A stretch of 32,000 nucleotides of DNA from Chlamydiota bacterium (GTDB lineage: Bacteria; Auribacterota; JACPWU01). How positions within the stretch are numbered: the first letter of the stretch is position 1; each line of letters begins with the position of its first letter. The notes below the pieces were generated by a model. That model saw only the letters and a program-made list of their open reading frames with translations, was not told the origin of the DNA and did not search any database. The DNA lies in the NCBI GenBank assembly GCA_016196885.1, contig JACPWU010000050.1:1-32000 (forward strand), read 5' to 3'. Positions 1 to 9,200 of the stretch are shown one piece after another. Both the position numbers and the translations under genes were made by a program.

Positions 1-843
1 AGAGAAGGTATTATCCTTTTTGACGGTACGATCCTCCTGGAAGAAAAAGAGTTCTTCATTGGCCTCATTGGGGGGAAGGAATCGAATCCTTTGATAATCG
101 AGATTAAAGCGATCAATGGGTCGCATCTCGATAATGGAATGAGGTTTAGAATTATACTCCTCCTCAAGCCAGGCAAGGAACTGACGATTAAGACTGGCTA
201 AAGAAGACAGATCAAGCTGATGGCACAAGAAAGAGGATCTCACAGTATGGAAGAAACGTTCGATCTTGCCCTTGGCAGCGCCATCGGCAAGAGGGGCATG
301 CTGCAAAATAACGCCCAGTCTAGCGCAAACGAGGATAATTTCCTTACAGGTATAAATTGCGCCGTTATCGACATAAATCACCTCCGGGATCCCGCGTTTA
401 TAGAAAGCGGTCTTAAAAACATTGATCAAGGCGGCGATATTCTCCTTAAAAAAGAACTCGCCGTGGGTCACAACGCGGGAGGCATCATCGATGAAGGCAA
501 TAAGAAAAGCCTGCCTCTTCTTATCTTGATCTGAAACAAAAGGGCCGAACATCGTATCGCCCTGCCAGAGCTGATTGGCAAACTGCTTAGAGAAAGCGAG
601 GCGCAAAGGATGGGTCACCTCACCCTTTTTAAGAAGCTCATATTTTAGAATCAATCGAGAGAAAGTATTTCGGGCACATTGTTCAGGGCGAATGAAGCCT
701 TTCTCGACACACTTACGATAAATGGCAGACTTATTATAACGCTTCCCTGTAAACAACGGCAGGACATGGCCAATAGCCTCATTAACTTCTTCGGCAAGTT
801 TGAATGGTACGCCAGGTAAACTTTCTGGGAAGGCCCTGCTCAT
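1..843 (-). pseudogene. DDE (rve / integrase-core) transposase, catalytic part, Mu/TniA/TnsB-like. The 3' end runs off the window.
   Basis: My own minus-strand translation; it is absent from the ORF track because it has no in-window stop. It reads MSRAFPESLPGVPFKLAEEVNEAIGH...QLWQGDTMFGPF...AFIDDASRVV...VIYVDNGAIYT...ADGAAKGKIERFFHTV. The WQGD / DDxSR / VDNG / KGKIERFF spacing is the D,D,E triad. The plus-strand ORF 220-534 is its antisense shadow. Confidence 0.85.
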
Positions 844-955
844 CGGTAAAGACGCGATCGGCTATTTTTTTAATTCTCTCAGTGATGGAGGATCCCTCCA
901 TAAAATCGATGGCGCCCAGGACCCTCATCTTGAGATAAACGGATGGATTTTTCAT
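782..955 (-). pseudogene. N-terminal transposase fragment (57 codons) in a different frame from the catalytic part
   Basis: ATG at 955-953 is preceded by GGAGGT (complement of 961-966). It translates to MKNPSVYLKMRVLGAIDFMEGSSITERIKKIADRVFTDEQGLPRKFTWRTIQTCRRS and stops at 784-782. The catalytic frame is +1 relative to it and the two overlap over 782-861. Confidence 0.55.
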
Positions 956-1093
956 AATGAACCTCCTTTTTGATGGTTAGGCCAGAGTATAGAGGGCGGT
1001 CTGAAAGGAAGGAACAGGCGACACGTGTGGTTCCTTCAGAAAAAAGATGGGCCCATAAAGGCACACGGCACGAAACAGGTCAAAAGGAGAGGA

Positions 1094-1396
1094 TTAATCC
1101 TTGAAAAACGACGCTTGAAAATGGGATTGATAAGCCGCAATGGGACAGGGGGCATTTAAAAAAGCCATTTTGAGATGATCTAGCTGCTGGAACAAGGGTT
1201 GTGGGGAACCAGAGACAGGAGGAAGAATGATTTCCAGCAAATGGGATCGGATCGTGGACTGAAATTGTTTTAACTTCTCCAGCCAGCGGTTAACGCATCG
1301 GACGGTAAAGGGGAACGTTAAATCTTTAAAGACAGTATTTTTCGATTGAGCTTGCCTGAGAGAGGATAGGAATTTCCATAGAGAGCATGTACTCAT
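1094..1396 (-). CDS. IS-associated hypothetical ORF, probably the frameshifted continuation of an upstream zinc-ribbon (CPHC) reading frame
   Basis: Listed as a 100 aa ORF. Immediately upstream, in another minus-strand frame (about 1397-1540), I read ...FKIKLVPCPHCHRIGFLILHGPLVGF...ISP-stop. This suggests a single disrupted gene. Confidence 0.35.
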   Translation of the reverse strand: MSTCSLWKFLSSLRQAQSKNTVFKDLTFPFTVRCVNRWLEKLKQFQSTIRSHLLEIILPPVSGSPQPLFQQLDHLKMAFLNAPCPIAAYQSHFQASFFKD

Positions 1397-1676
1397 GGAG
1401 AAATATTTCCTCTTTTAAGAGCCTTGCTATTGGGATCGAGGCAAAACCCGACCAAAGGCCCATGCAGGATCAAGAACCCGATCCTATGGCAATGAGGGCA
1501 CGGCACTAATTTAATCTTAAATTTAAACTGTTCAAAATCCTGAGGAGTGTTAAAATACTTCACAAGCGCATAGAGGTTTTATAACAGTGTGAACTTTGAC
1601 CAAATTAGCACTGTACTTTATGCGCTTTTTTGTTGGAAGAATTAAATCATTATTTCCCCTTTCTTACGATTAGAGT

Positions 1677-2462
1677 GTGAGATTTAACACCTATCCTGAG
1701 TTGATTGGGCAGTCTTTAACTGGACTGGACGTAAAAGAGGAAAGGGGTTTAGAAGTTTTACTGGACAAGGAGTATTTGTTAGAAAGAGTAGACGTTGAGT
1801 CTTCCGTCTTACCCACATGGATCACAGGGCGAGTGGATGGAAACGGGAATACAGATCATCTCGACTTGGCGATCGCTGTAAATGGGCGTATATGCACGAC
1901 AACAAGGGCGTTTAGGGAGAATGGAAATCTTGAATTTTCAGTGATGATCCCATGGGACTCCTTGCGTCATGGTACGAATGATGTTCAGGTTTTTACCGCT
2001 GCAAGAAAGTCAGGAAAGTATGCTTTGGCTTCGCTAAAAAAAAGATTGTTTTCATTTGTGCAAGAGGGGGATCTCACATATATCAAAGATTCCAAAGGTA
2101 AATCTTATCAAGTTCTTAAAAATGGGCTTGAGGGACAGGTAGATTGGCTCACTTTCAATGGCCACGCAGTTCGCATCTACGGCTGGGCCGCTGATGTCAA
2201 AAACAAGGAGCTTCCGCAGAATATTTTAGTGTACGATGAGGAGCATCGCTTCGTGTTTGAAATGGCTGTGGCAATCAGTAGGATAGATGTGGCAAAGCGA
2301 TTTGGAAATTCTAAGTTTCTTTGGTGCGGGTTTAATAATCATTTTTTTGTTCATCCTGCCCAGGGAAATAAGATTCCTCGCTTCCATGTATTTGCGGTTT
2401 CATCGCGTGGCACTGCCTCTGAGTTAGGTTATAACCGCTCTGTTCTGAATCAATGGAAATAG
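1677..2462 (+). CDS. Hypothetical protein, possibly 5'-truncated
   Basis: 261 codon ORF starting at a GTG directly after an in-frame TAG, with no Shine-Dalgarno sequence. Two similar segments are visible (TWITGRVDGNGNTDHLDLAIAVNG and IYGWAADVKNKELPQNILVYDE). I recognise no family. Confidence 0.45.
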   Translation: MRFNTYPELIGQSLTGLDVKEERGLEVLLDKEYLLERVDVESSVLPTWITGRVDGNGNTDHLDLAIAVNGRICTTTRAFRENGNLEFSVMIPWDSLRHGTNDVQVFTAARKSGKYALASLKKRLFSFVQEGDLTYIKDSKGKSYQVLKNGLEGQVDWLTFNGHAVRIYGWAADVKNKELPQNILVYDEEHRFVFEMAVAISRIDVAKRFGNSKFLWCGFNNHFFVHPAQGNKIPRFHVFAVSSRGTASELGYNRSVLNQWK

Positions 2463-2806
2463 ATCTTTCTCCTTCATTTGCAAAAGAATCTGCACAAAAG
2501 TCCTCTCTAAACCTAAAGATTCTGATTGGAACATTGCAGGTAATCAACTCGCGGCCGAAATAATTTTGCGTCATTCTCTAAACGCGGCTCGAAGCAAAGA
2601 CTAAAGCTTGCTTTTCGACACTGCTTGGTTTAGATGTGGCGAGAGTGTTTATATTAAAATGATCTTGCGTCCCATTTCTCGTATGCTATTCTAAGACCAT
2701 GAAATACTTATGGGCGCCTTAGAAAGGCCTCGGGGACGTTGTAAAGTAAAGGGGTCAAGTCTTTACTTGACTACATTTAAAAATAAAAAACAACGGATAT
2801 TAAATT

Positions 2807-5800
2807 ATGAGCATTGCAGAATTTTCAGTTCGTAAGCCTGTCACTATTATGATGCTTTTTTTCGGCATGCTTTTTTTGGGGCTGGTTTGCGTTTCAAAGC
2901 TTCCTCAAGAACTGCTCCCCGAGATCAGCTATCCCAAACTCACAGTCGTAACCACCTACGCCAATGCAGCGCCTGAAGAGGTGGAGACCCTGATCACCAA
3001 AGTGATCGAGGAATCCATTGCGACGGTGAGAAATCTCACGCGCATTCATTCCAGCTCTAAGGAAGGAATTTCCTTGGTCACGGCGGAATTCTCCTGGGAT
3101 ACCAACATGGATTTTGCGGCTTTGGCCATGCGTGAAAAAATTGACTTGGTGAAAGAGAGACTCCCCCATGACGCCGAAGAACCGATTGTAAAAAAGATCA
3201 ATCCCACGGCAAAGCCGATGATGCTTCTGAGCATCACAGGAGATTACCCCATTGAAGAGATCTTGCGTCTCACCAAAAAGTTTATCAAGGACAAAATTGA
3301 AAAGACAGAAGGCGTGGCCTCTGCCGGTATCAGTGGCGGCCGCGAGCGAGAGATTTTGGTGGAGGTGGATAAAACCAAACTTCGCTCTGTGGGAATTGAT
3401 CTCTTGGAAATCTCAAAGGCCCTCAGCAATTCAAACAGAAATTATCCTGCCGGTTCTACCAAGGAAAAATTTTATGAATATCTTTTGAGAACCATGGGTG
3501 AGTTTAAGAACGTCCCCGAAATGGGTGAAACAGTGATCGGGGTGGACGATCAAGAAAGGTCGCTCGGCGAAGAGGAAGTGACCACCCCCCAGGCTCGTCA
3601 AGAACAGGAAAAAGGCAAGTATCGCCGCTTGGTTCTCCTGAAAAATGTTGCAAAGATTCAGGACACCTTTAAAGAAGTTGAAAGTTACTCCCGCTACAAT
3701 GGGAACGAAAATATTTCTGTCTCCATCCAGAAACAACCTGCGGCCAATTCTATTCAAACCGTACAAAGGGTCCGAAAACAAATTGAAGAATTAAAACCCA
3801 GCCTTCCCAAAGGCCTTTACATTGAAGTGGTAGACGACGAATCTATTTTTATCAAAGAGGCTATTAAAGGCATTCGAGATGACGGCGTTCAGGGTGTGAT
3901 GCTGGCCTTCGGAGTCCTTTTTTTCTTTCTTAAAAGGCTTTGGCCTGCCACCATCGTTTCGCTCACCATTCCGGCAGGATTCATGTTCGTCCTCATTTGT
4001 ATGTTCTTTGCCGGTGTCTCTCTTAACATTGTCAGTTTGATGGGGCTTGCCCTTTCCATCGGAGGCATTGCAGATGCCCCCATTGTTGTCTTGGAAAATA
4101 TCTACCGCCGCAGAAGTGAATTGGAAGAAGACAATCTTGTTTCCACCATTAAGGGAACGAATGAGGTAGCCTCCGCAGTGACAGGCGGGTCCCTCACTGC
4201 CATGGCGGTTTTCTTCCCCATGATTTTTCTTTCAGGGGTGGAGGGACAACTCCTCAAACAATTGGCCTTTTCTGTCATCTTTTGTAATGCTGCTTCTAAC
4301 ATCCTCTGCCTGACCCTTGTCCCAAAACTGGCGGCCCAGGGAAAAAGAGCCCAAAAGGAGATCCCATCGAAATTTGGTCTTAGGGTGGATCGAGTCATGG
4401 AAAAAACGAGAGAAGGTTATGGCCATATTCTAGAAAAATTTTTGGAGCGCAAAGGTTTTTTCATCGGGATCACATTGCTTCTTTTTCTTTTTACCTCCTG
4501 GTTGATGGGACATTTAAACCAAGAACTCCTTCCAAAAGTGGACAAGGGAAAATTCAGCATTGAGGCAAAACTTAAAATAGGAACCCGGATCGAAATTACC
4601 AATCGCGTAGCGAAGAAAATTGAAGAGGTGGTGAAAAAATTACCTGAATTTGAAAATTATTCTGTAACGGTGGGATCTGACAGAGTAAAGGCCTCTGAAG
4701 GTGCTGAAACGCTGGGCTCCCACGAGGCCCTCATCACGGTATCTCTTAAACCTAAGCCACCTCGCAAGCGCTCCAGCAACAAAATCATTCAAGAGCTGAA
4801 GCAAGAGCTGGACAAAATTGATTTGGAAGGAGCCCAAATCACCTTTGCCTCAGAAGAATCCCTTTTCGAAAGCGCCTTGGGAGGAGGAGGAGCTGCCGTC
4901 GCCGTTGAAATTTTGGGAGCGGAGTTCCCTGCCCTGGAAGAACTGGCCCATGAAATTGAACAAAAATTAAAAGGGATCGGGGGACTTTACGACATTCGAG
5001 ACAGCATTCCTGAAAAGGCACCTGAAACCAAAATTCAAATCAACAAAGACAATGCAGGACTCTATGATCTTTCCACCAACGATATTGCCCTCACCTGTCA
5101 AATGGCCATCAAGGGAACGGTTGCAACTCAATTTAAAGAGGAAGGATCTGAGTATCCCATTCGCGTTCGTCTGCAGGAAAGAGATACTGATTCTACACTC
5201 AAGGTGAACGATCTTTGGATTCACTCCCCTCAGGGTTATGAAGTTCCTCTAAAAGAAATGGCGACATTAGAAATAGGAAAAGCCCCGAGCGAAGTTCGCC
5301 GCCTTGAACAGCGCAGGGTGGTTCTCGTCTTTGCAGATCTTTATGGAAGAGCCCTCTCAGAAGTTGAAAGTGACATCATGCTCGCCCTTCAAAGCATCCA
5401 GCTTCCTCAGGATTATACCGTTCGTCTGGGAGGAGAAAGTGCTCAAAAAGCTAAATCCCTAAAGGCACTTTTGACCACCATTCTCATGTCCATTCTTCTG
5501 ATTTACATGCTCATGGCCAGCCAATTCGAATCTTTGATTCAGCCCTTTCTCATCATGTTCTCTGTCCCCTTCTCTGTGATCGGCGTAGCAATCGCCCTTT
5601 TCCTGACGGGAACATCGGTGAATATTTTTTCGATGCTGGGATTCATCACCCTGGGTGGAATGGTCACAAACAATGCCATTGTCATGTTCGAATACATCAA
5701 TGACCTTCGAACGGAGGGCATGGCCCTCGTAGAAGCTGTCAAAAAAGCCTGTAAGGTAAGACTGCGCCCCATTTTAATGAGCACCCTGGTCACATTGATT

Positions 5801-5974
5801 GGACTTTTACCTCTGGCCCTCGGACAAGGTGAGGGAGGAGAATTAAAAGCACCCTTGGCCATCACCGTCGTAGGAGGACTTTTTGTTTCGACTTGTTTGA
5901 CACTGCTTCTCATCCCTTCCTTTTACATTATCGTTGAGGGTTTTTTGGAAAAATTTAGAAAAGAAAAAGCATAA
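2807..5974 (+). CDS. RND efflux transporter permease (AcrB/MdtB/CzcA superfamily), 1055 aa
   Basis: Typical N-terminus (SVRKPVTIMMLFFGMLFLG...LPQELLPEISYPKLTVVTTY) and length. Two large periplasmic loops and 12-TM architecture are apparent from the hydrophobic blocks. Confidence 0.95.
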   Translation: MSIAEFSVRKPVTIMMLFFGMLFLGLVCVSKLPQELLPEISYPKLTVVTTYANAAPEEVETLITKVIEESIATVRNLTRIHSSSKEGISLVTAEFSWDTNMDFAALAMREKIDLVKERLPHDAEEPIVKKINPTAKPMMLLSITGDYPIEEILRLTKKFIKDKIEKTEGVASAGISGGREREILVEVDKTKLRSVGIDLLEISKALSNSNRNYPAGSTKEKFYEYLLRTMGEFKNVPEMGETVIGVDDQERSLGEEEVTTPQARQEQEKGKYRRLVLLKNVAKIQDTFKEVESYSRYNGNENISVSIQKQPAANSIQTVQRVRKQIEELKPSLPKGLYIEVVDDESIFIKEAIKGIRDDGVQGVMLAFGVLFFFLKRLWPATIVSLTIPAGFMFVLICMFFAGVSLNIVSLMGLALSIGGIADAPIVVLENIYRRRSELEEDNLVSTIKGTNEVASAVTGGSLTAMAVFFPMIFLSGVEGQLLKQLAFSVIFCNAASNILCLTLVPKLAAQGKRAQKEIPSKFGLRVDRVMEKTREGYGHILEKFLERKGFFIGITLLLFLFTSWLMGHLNQELLPKVDKGKFSIEAKLKIGTRIEITNRVAKKIEEVVKKLPEFENYSVTVGSDRVKASEGAETLGSHEALITVSLKPKPPRKRSSNKIIQELKQELDKIDLEGAQITFASEESLFESALGGGGAAVAVEILGAEFPALEELAHEIEQKLKGIGGLYDIRDSIPEKAPETKIQINKDNAGLYDLSTNDIALTCQMAIKGTVATQFKEEGSEYPIRVRLQERDTDSTLKVNDLWIHSPQGYEVPLKEMATLEIGKAPSEVRRLEQRRVVLVFADLYGRALSEVESDIMLALQSIQLPQDYTVRLGGESAQKAKSLKALLTTILMSILLIYMLMASQFESLIQPFLIMFSVPFSVIGVAIALFLTGTSVNIFSMLGFITLGGMVTNNAIVMFEYINDLRTEGMALVEAVKKACKVRLRPILMSTLVTLIGLLPLALGQGEGGELKAPLAITVVGGLFVSTCLTLLLIPSFYIIVEGFLEKFRKEKA

Positions 5975-6008
5975 AATGAAACATACATATTCCCCCTGTT
6001 CAAGCTTG

Positions 6009-6066
6009 TGTAGCCGCCCGATTCATCGGGCAATCCATGTACGGCCCCATAAATGGGGCGACTACA
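6009..6066. repeat. REP-like palindromic element, copy 1 (tgtagccgcccgattcatcgggc...ccccataaatggggcgactaca)
   Basis: Imperfect inverted repeat seen directly. Near-identical copies lie at 19607-19670 and, interrupted, at 28391-28432 plus 28617-28631. Confidence 0.85.
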
Positions 6067-6103
6067 AACTCTTAATAACCGTACGCTATACACTCAATAA
6101 ATT

Positions 6104-9100
6104 ATGAGCCTTCCTTCTTTTTCTGTCAGAAAGCCGATCACAACGCTAATGCTCTTTACGGCATTAACGCTCTTCGGCCTCGTCGCCTTCTCCCGTCTCC
6201 CTGTCGAACTCATGCCCAACGCAAGCTATGACAAAATTACAATTCTTGTAGACATCCGAGGGGGCATGCCGCCCGTGGATGTCGAATTTCTGGTCACACG
6301 CCCGATCGAAGAAGCCCTGAGCAGCGTCACCCACTTGGAAAGCATTGCCTCCACCTCGAAAGAGGGAAAATCCACAGTGGTGTTGAGCTTTCCACCTGGA
6401 AGCGACATGGATTTCGCATCTTTGGAAGTGCGCGAAAAATTTGCAAAAGTCAAAAATAAACTTCCCCGTGAAGCAGAGAAACCCGTCATTGCCAAGTACG
6501 AAGAGTCCGATGCCCCCATCATGATCCTGGCCATCGCCAGCTTCATCCAAAGTACAGAAGAGATTCGAACTCTGGTGGAAGATCAAATTAAAGAGCGGTT
6601 GATGCGTATTCATGGCGTCGCCAATATTGAAGTGGGAGGAGGACGGGAAAGAAAAATCTTGGCGGAGATAGATCAAAAAAGAATTCAGGCGCTCAAACTT
6701 CCGATGGAAAAAGTGCTCGCCTCCATTTCCAAAAATAATCTCAATCTGATGGTCGGAAGCGTTGATAAAAATCGTTATAAAATTCTCTTGAGAACCATGG
6801 GTCAACTTCCTTCCATCGAGGCCATCAAAGAAATCCCCATTCTAAAAACGGATCAATTCTCTCTTGTAAGATTGAAAGACATTGCAGAAGTGAAAGATTC
6901 GTTTCTCGAAGCCACCACCTATTCCCGGACCAACAGCCAGGAAGTGGTTTCCCTTTATATTCAAAAAGAATCTACGGCTAACACCGTCAAGGTTTGTGAA
7001 CAACTTCAAAGTGAAATCGACGATATCGTCAAAGGACTGGGTAAAGACATTCGAGTCATCACCGTCAGCAATCAGGCGATTTTTATTCAACAAGCGATCA
7101 ATACCGTTTTAAAATCATTGCGTGACGGTGGTATTCTTGCCATCATCGTCCTCTTTATTTTCCTGAGAGATTTGAGATCCACCTTTTCGATCGCACTCTC
7201 CATGCCTATTTCAATCGTGGTCACCTTTGCCATGATGTATTTCAGTGGTCTTACGGTCAATGTTCAAACCTTGAGTGGACTGGCCTTGGGGATTGGAATG
7301 CTGACAGACAATGCCATCGTTGTGCTTGAGAATATTGACATCAAAAGAGCCAGGGGCATCCACCCGATTGATGCGGCCATTGAAGGAAGCCAGCAAATGC
7401 TCCTCGCCCTTGTCTCTTCAACAGCCACGACTGTGATCGTTTTTTTACCCATTGTCTTCATCAATAAGCAAATTCAACTGCTTTACCAAGGACTGGCCCT
7501 CACCGTGACTTATTCTTTGGTCGCCTCTCTCTTTACAGCTCTTTCCGTTGTCCCCCTCATGGCCTCTCGAGGCACACAAAACCTGAAAAAAAGAGTCGCA
7601 GGAGGTTTCCTAAGAAAAATCAGGAGGCTCTATCGCAAGAGCCTTTTTTATGCAGTGCGATACCGCTACCTCTCGATCGGCATCATCTTCTTCACCCTGT
7701 ACCTTGCGTTCACTTATATCGGAAGCTTGGATAAAGAGCTCCTCGCTTCTTCGGAAGAAGGAAAATTTACAATTTTTGTCGAGCTTCCTTCAGGTGCAAA
7801 ACTTGAAGTATCGGATATTGTTGTCAAACAGGTGGAAGAGATCGTCTCCAAAATTCCAGAAGTCCAGACAGTCTCTTCCCGTGTCGAGGGCTGGTCTTCC
7901 AAAGTCTATGTGGAGCTTGTTCCCGGAGACAAGAGGGAAAAATCCGTCGAGGAAATCATTGAAGAATTGCGGCCTCAATTTAAAGACTTGGGTGAAGCGC
8001 AGAGAGCTTTCATTTATTTTTCGGAATCTCGAGGCGGAGGATCTAAAGAAGTTCTAGTGGACGTCTATGGTTTTGATTATGCTACCTTAAAAAAGTTGGC
8101 CACTGAAATCGCCGGAAAGATGGAAAAGGTGAAAGGCCTCACAGACCTTAAACTGCGCATGAAAGAGGGAAGGCCCGAAATGCAAATCGTGATCGACAAA
8201 TATAAGGCCGCCCTCCATGGACTCTCAACCTACGATATTGGCGAAGAACTGCACGCCCAAATCCGGGGCAAGGAGGCCACTCGATTCCATTCCAAAGGTA
8301 AGGAAATAGAAACCATCGCTAGACTCCAGCAAAAGGACAGGGCCCATTTAAGCGACATTCGAAAGCTCACACTCGTGACACCCAAAGGAGAACTGATCGA
8401 ACTCAAAGATGTTTGTCAATTTAAAGAGGACATTGGCCCCAGCGAAGTTTGGAGAATGAATAAAACACGAATGATTCAAGTGAGTGCCAATCTCCACAAC
8501 CTCAGCATGGAAAAAGCGGCCGCCATGATTCGGGATTCTCTTAAAGACATGAGTTTTCCAAAGGATTACTATTACCTCTTTGGAGGAGATTATGCGCGGC
8601 AGATTGAAAACCAAAAGCAATTGTTGTTGGCTTTATGTATTACCATGGTTTTGATCTACATGCTCTTGGCTTCTCTCTTTGAGTCCTACTTCCAACCTTT
8701 TATCATCATGTCGGCCATTCCCTTATGCGCCATTGGGGTCGCCATTGCCCTGGGCATGACGCACACCACTATCAGCATGGGCGTCATGATCGGGGCCATT
8801 ATGTTGGGAGGCATTGTGGTCAATCACTCTATTGTCATGGTGGACCACATCAATTACGTCCGAAAATTTCACGGCTACGGTCCCTTTCGCTCGGTCGTCA
8901 GCTCAGGAATAGACCGTCTGCGTCCCATCATGATGACGGCAGCAACCACTACTTTAGGCCTCTTTCCCACAGCCATGGACAAAAGCCAAGGGGCCAGCCT
9001 TTGGAGCCCGCTGGCCATCACTGTGATCGGAGGCATCATCAGCTCTACCATCATGACCCTTTATATTGTTCCTAGCCTCTACATTATTTTTAGAGACATG

Positions 9101-9184
9101 GGGAAAGTTTTTCAAAAGATGTTTAAAAGTTTAAAGGTTCAAAAGTTCAAAAGTGAGAGACCCTTTGAACCCTTGAACCCTTGA
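6104..9184 (+). CDS. RND efflux transporter permease, second paralog, 1026 aa
   Basis: N-terminus SVRKPITTLMLFTALTLFGLVAFSRLPVELMPN... and the same architecture as the upstream gene. Confidence 0.95.
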   Translation: MSLPSFSVRKPITTLMLFTALTLFGLVAFSRLPVELMPNASYDKITILVDIRGGMPPVDVEFLVTRPIEEALSSVTHLESIASTSKEGKSTVVLSFPPGSDMDFASLEVREKFAKVKNKLPREAEKPVIAKYEESDAPIMILAIASFIQSTEEIRTLVEDQIKERLMRIHGVANIEVGGGRERKILAEIDQKRIQALKLPMEKVLASISKNNLNLMVGSVDKNRYKILLRTMGQLPSIEAIKEIPILKTDQFSLVRLKDIAEVKDSFLEATTYSRTNSQEVVSLYIQKESTANTVKVCEQLQSEIDDIVKGLGKDIRVITVSNQAIFIQQAINTVLKSLRDGGILAIIVLFIFLRDLRSTFSIALSMPISIVVTFAMMYFSGLTVNVQTLSGLALGIGMLTDNAIVVLENIDIKRARGIHPIDAAIEGSQQMLLALVSSTATTVIVFLPIVFINKQIQLLYQGLALTVTYSLVASLFTALSVVPLMASRGTQNLKKRVAGGFLRKIRRLYRKSLFYAVRYRYLSIGIIFFTLYLAFTYIGSLDKELLASSEEGKFTIFVELPSGAKLEVSDIVVKQVEEIVSKIPEVQTVSSRVEGWSSKVYVELVPGDKREKSVEEIIEELRPQFKDLGEAQRAFIYFSESRGGGSKEVLVDVYGFDYATLKKLATEIAGKMEKVKGLTDLKLRMKEGRPEMQIVIDKYKAALHGLSTYDIGEELHAQIRGKEATRFHSKGKEIETIARLQQKDRAHLSDIRKLTLVTPKGELIELKDVCQFKEDIGPSEVWRMNKTRMIQVSANLHNLSMEKAAAMIRDSLKDMSFPKDYYYLFGGDYARQIENQKQLLLALCITMVLIYMLLASLFESYFQPFIIMSAIPLCAIGVAIALGMTHTTISMGVMIGAIMLGGIVVNHSIVMVDHINYVRKFHGYGPFRSVVSSGIDRLRPIMMTAATTTLGLFPTAMDKSQGASLWSPLAITVIGGIISSTIMTLYIVPSLYIIFRDMGKVFQKMFKSLKVQKFKSERPFEPLNP

Positions 9185-9200
9185 ACTTTTGAACCTTTAA
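9131..9200. terminator. Bidirectional hairpin between convergent genes: 20 bp perfect inverted repeat with a 30 nt loop
   Basis: ttaaaggttcaaaagttcaa (9131-9150) is the exact reverse complement of ttgaacttttgaacctttaa (9181-9200). It overlaps the last codons of the RND gene and the stop of the lipoprotein gene. Confidence 0.55.

Larger units (their letters stand above)
1..1540 (-). mobile_element. Decayed insertion sequence (transposase plus upstream zinc-ribbon ORF). The left end lies outside the window and the right boundary is approximate.
   Basis: Contains the DDE transposase reading frames and a CPHC zinc-ribbon-like ORF, both frame-disrupted. The AT-rich non-coding stretch 1400-1676 follows. 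No terminal repeat could be defined because one end is off-window. Confidence 0.65.

Noticed and set aside
220-534. Plus-strand 104 aa ORF
   Set aside because: It lies exactly antisense to the DDE transposase core, whose minus-strand translation shows clear catalytic motifs. It is a shadow ORF.
6164-6805. 213 aa minus-strand ORF, and many other 60-135 aa ORFs inside the two RND genes (for example 7650-8057 and the His/Arg-rich 8725-9075)
   Set aside because: All are embedded in, or antisense to, very confidently called RND permease genes. They have low-complexity or biased composition and no start signals.
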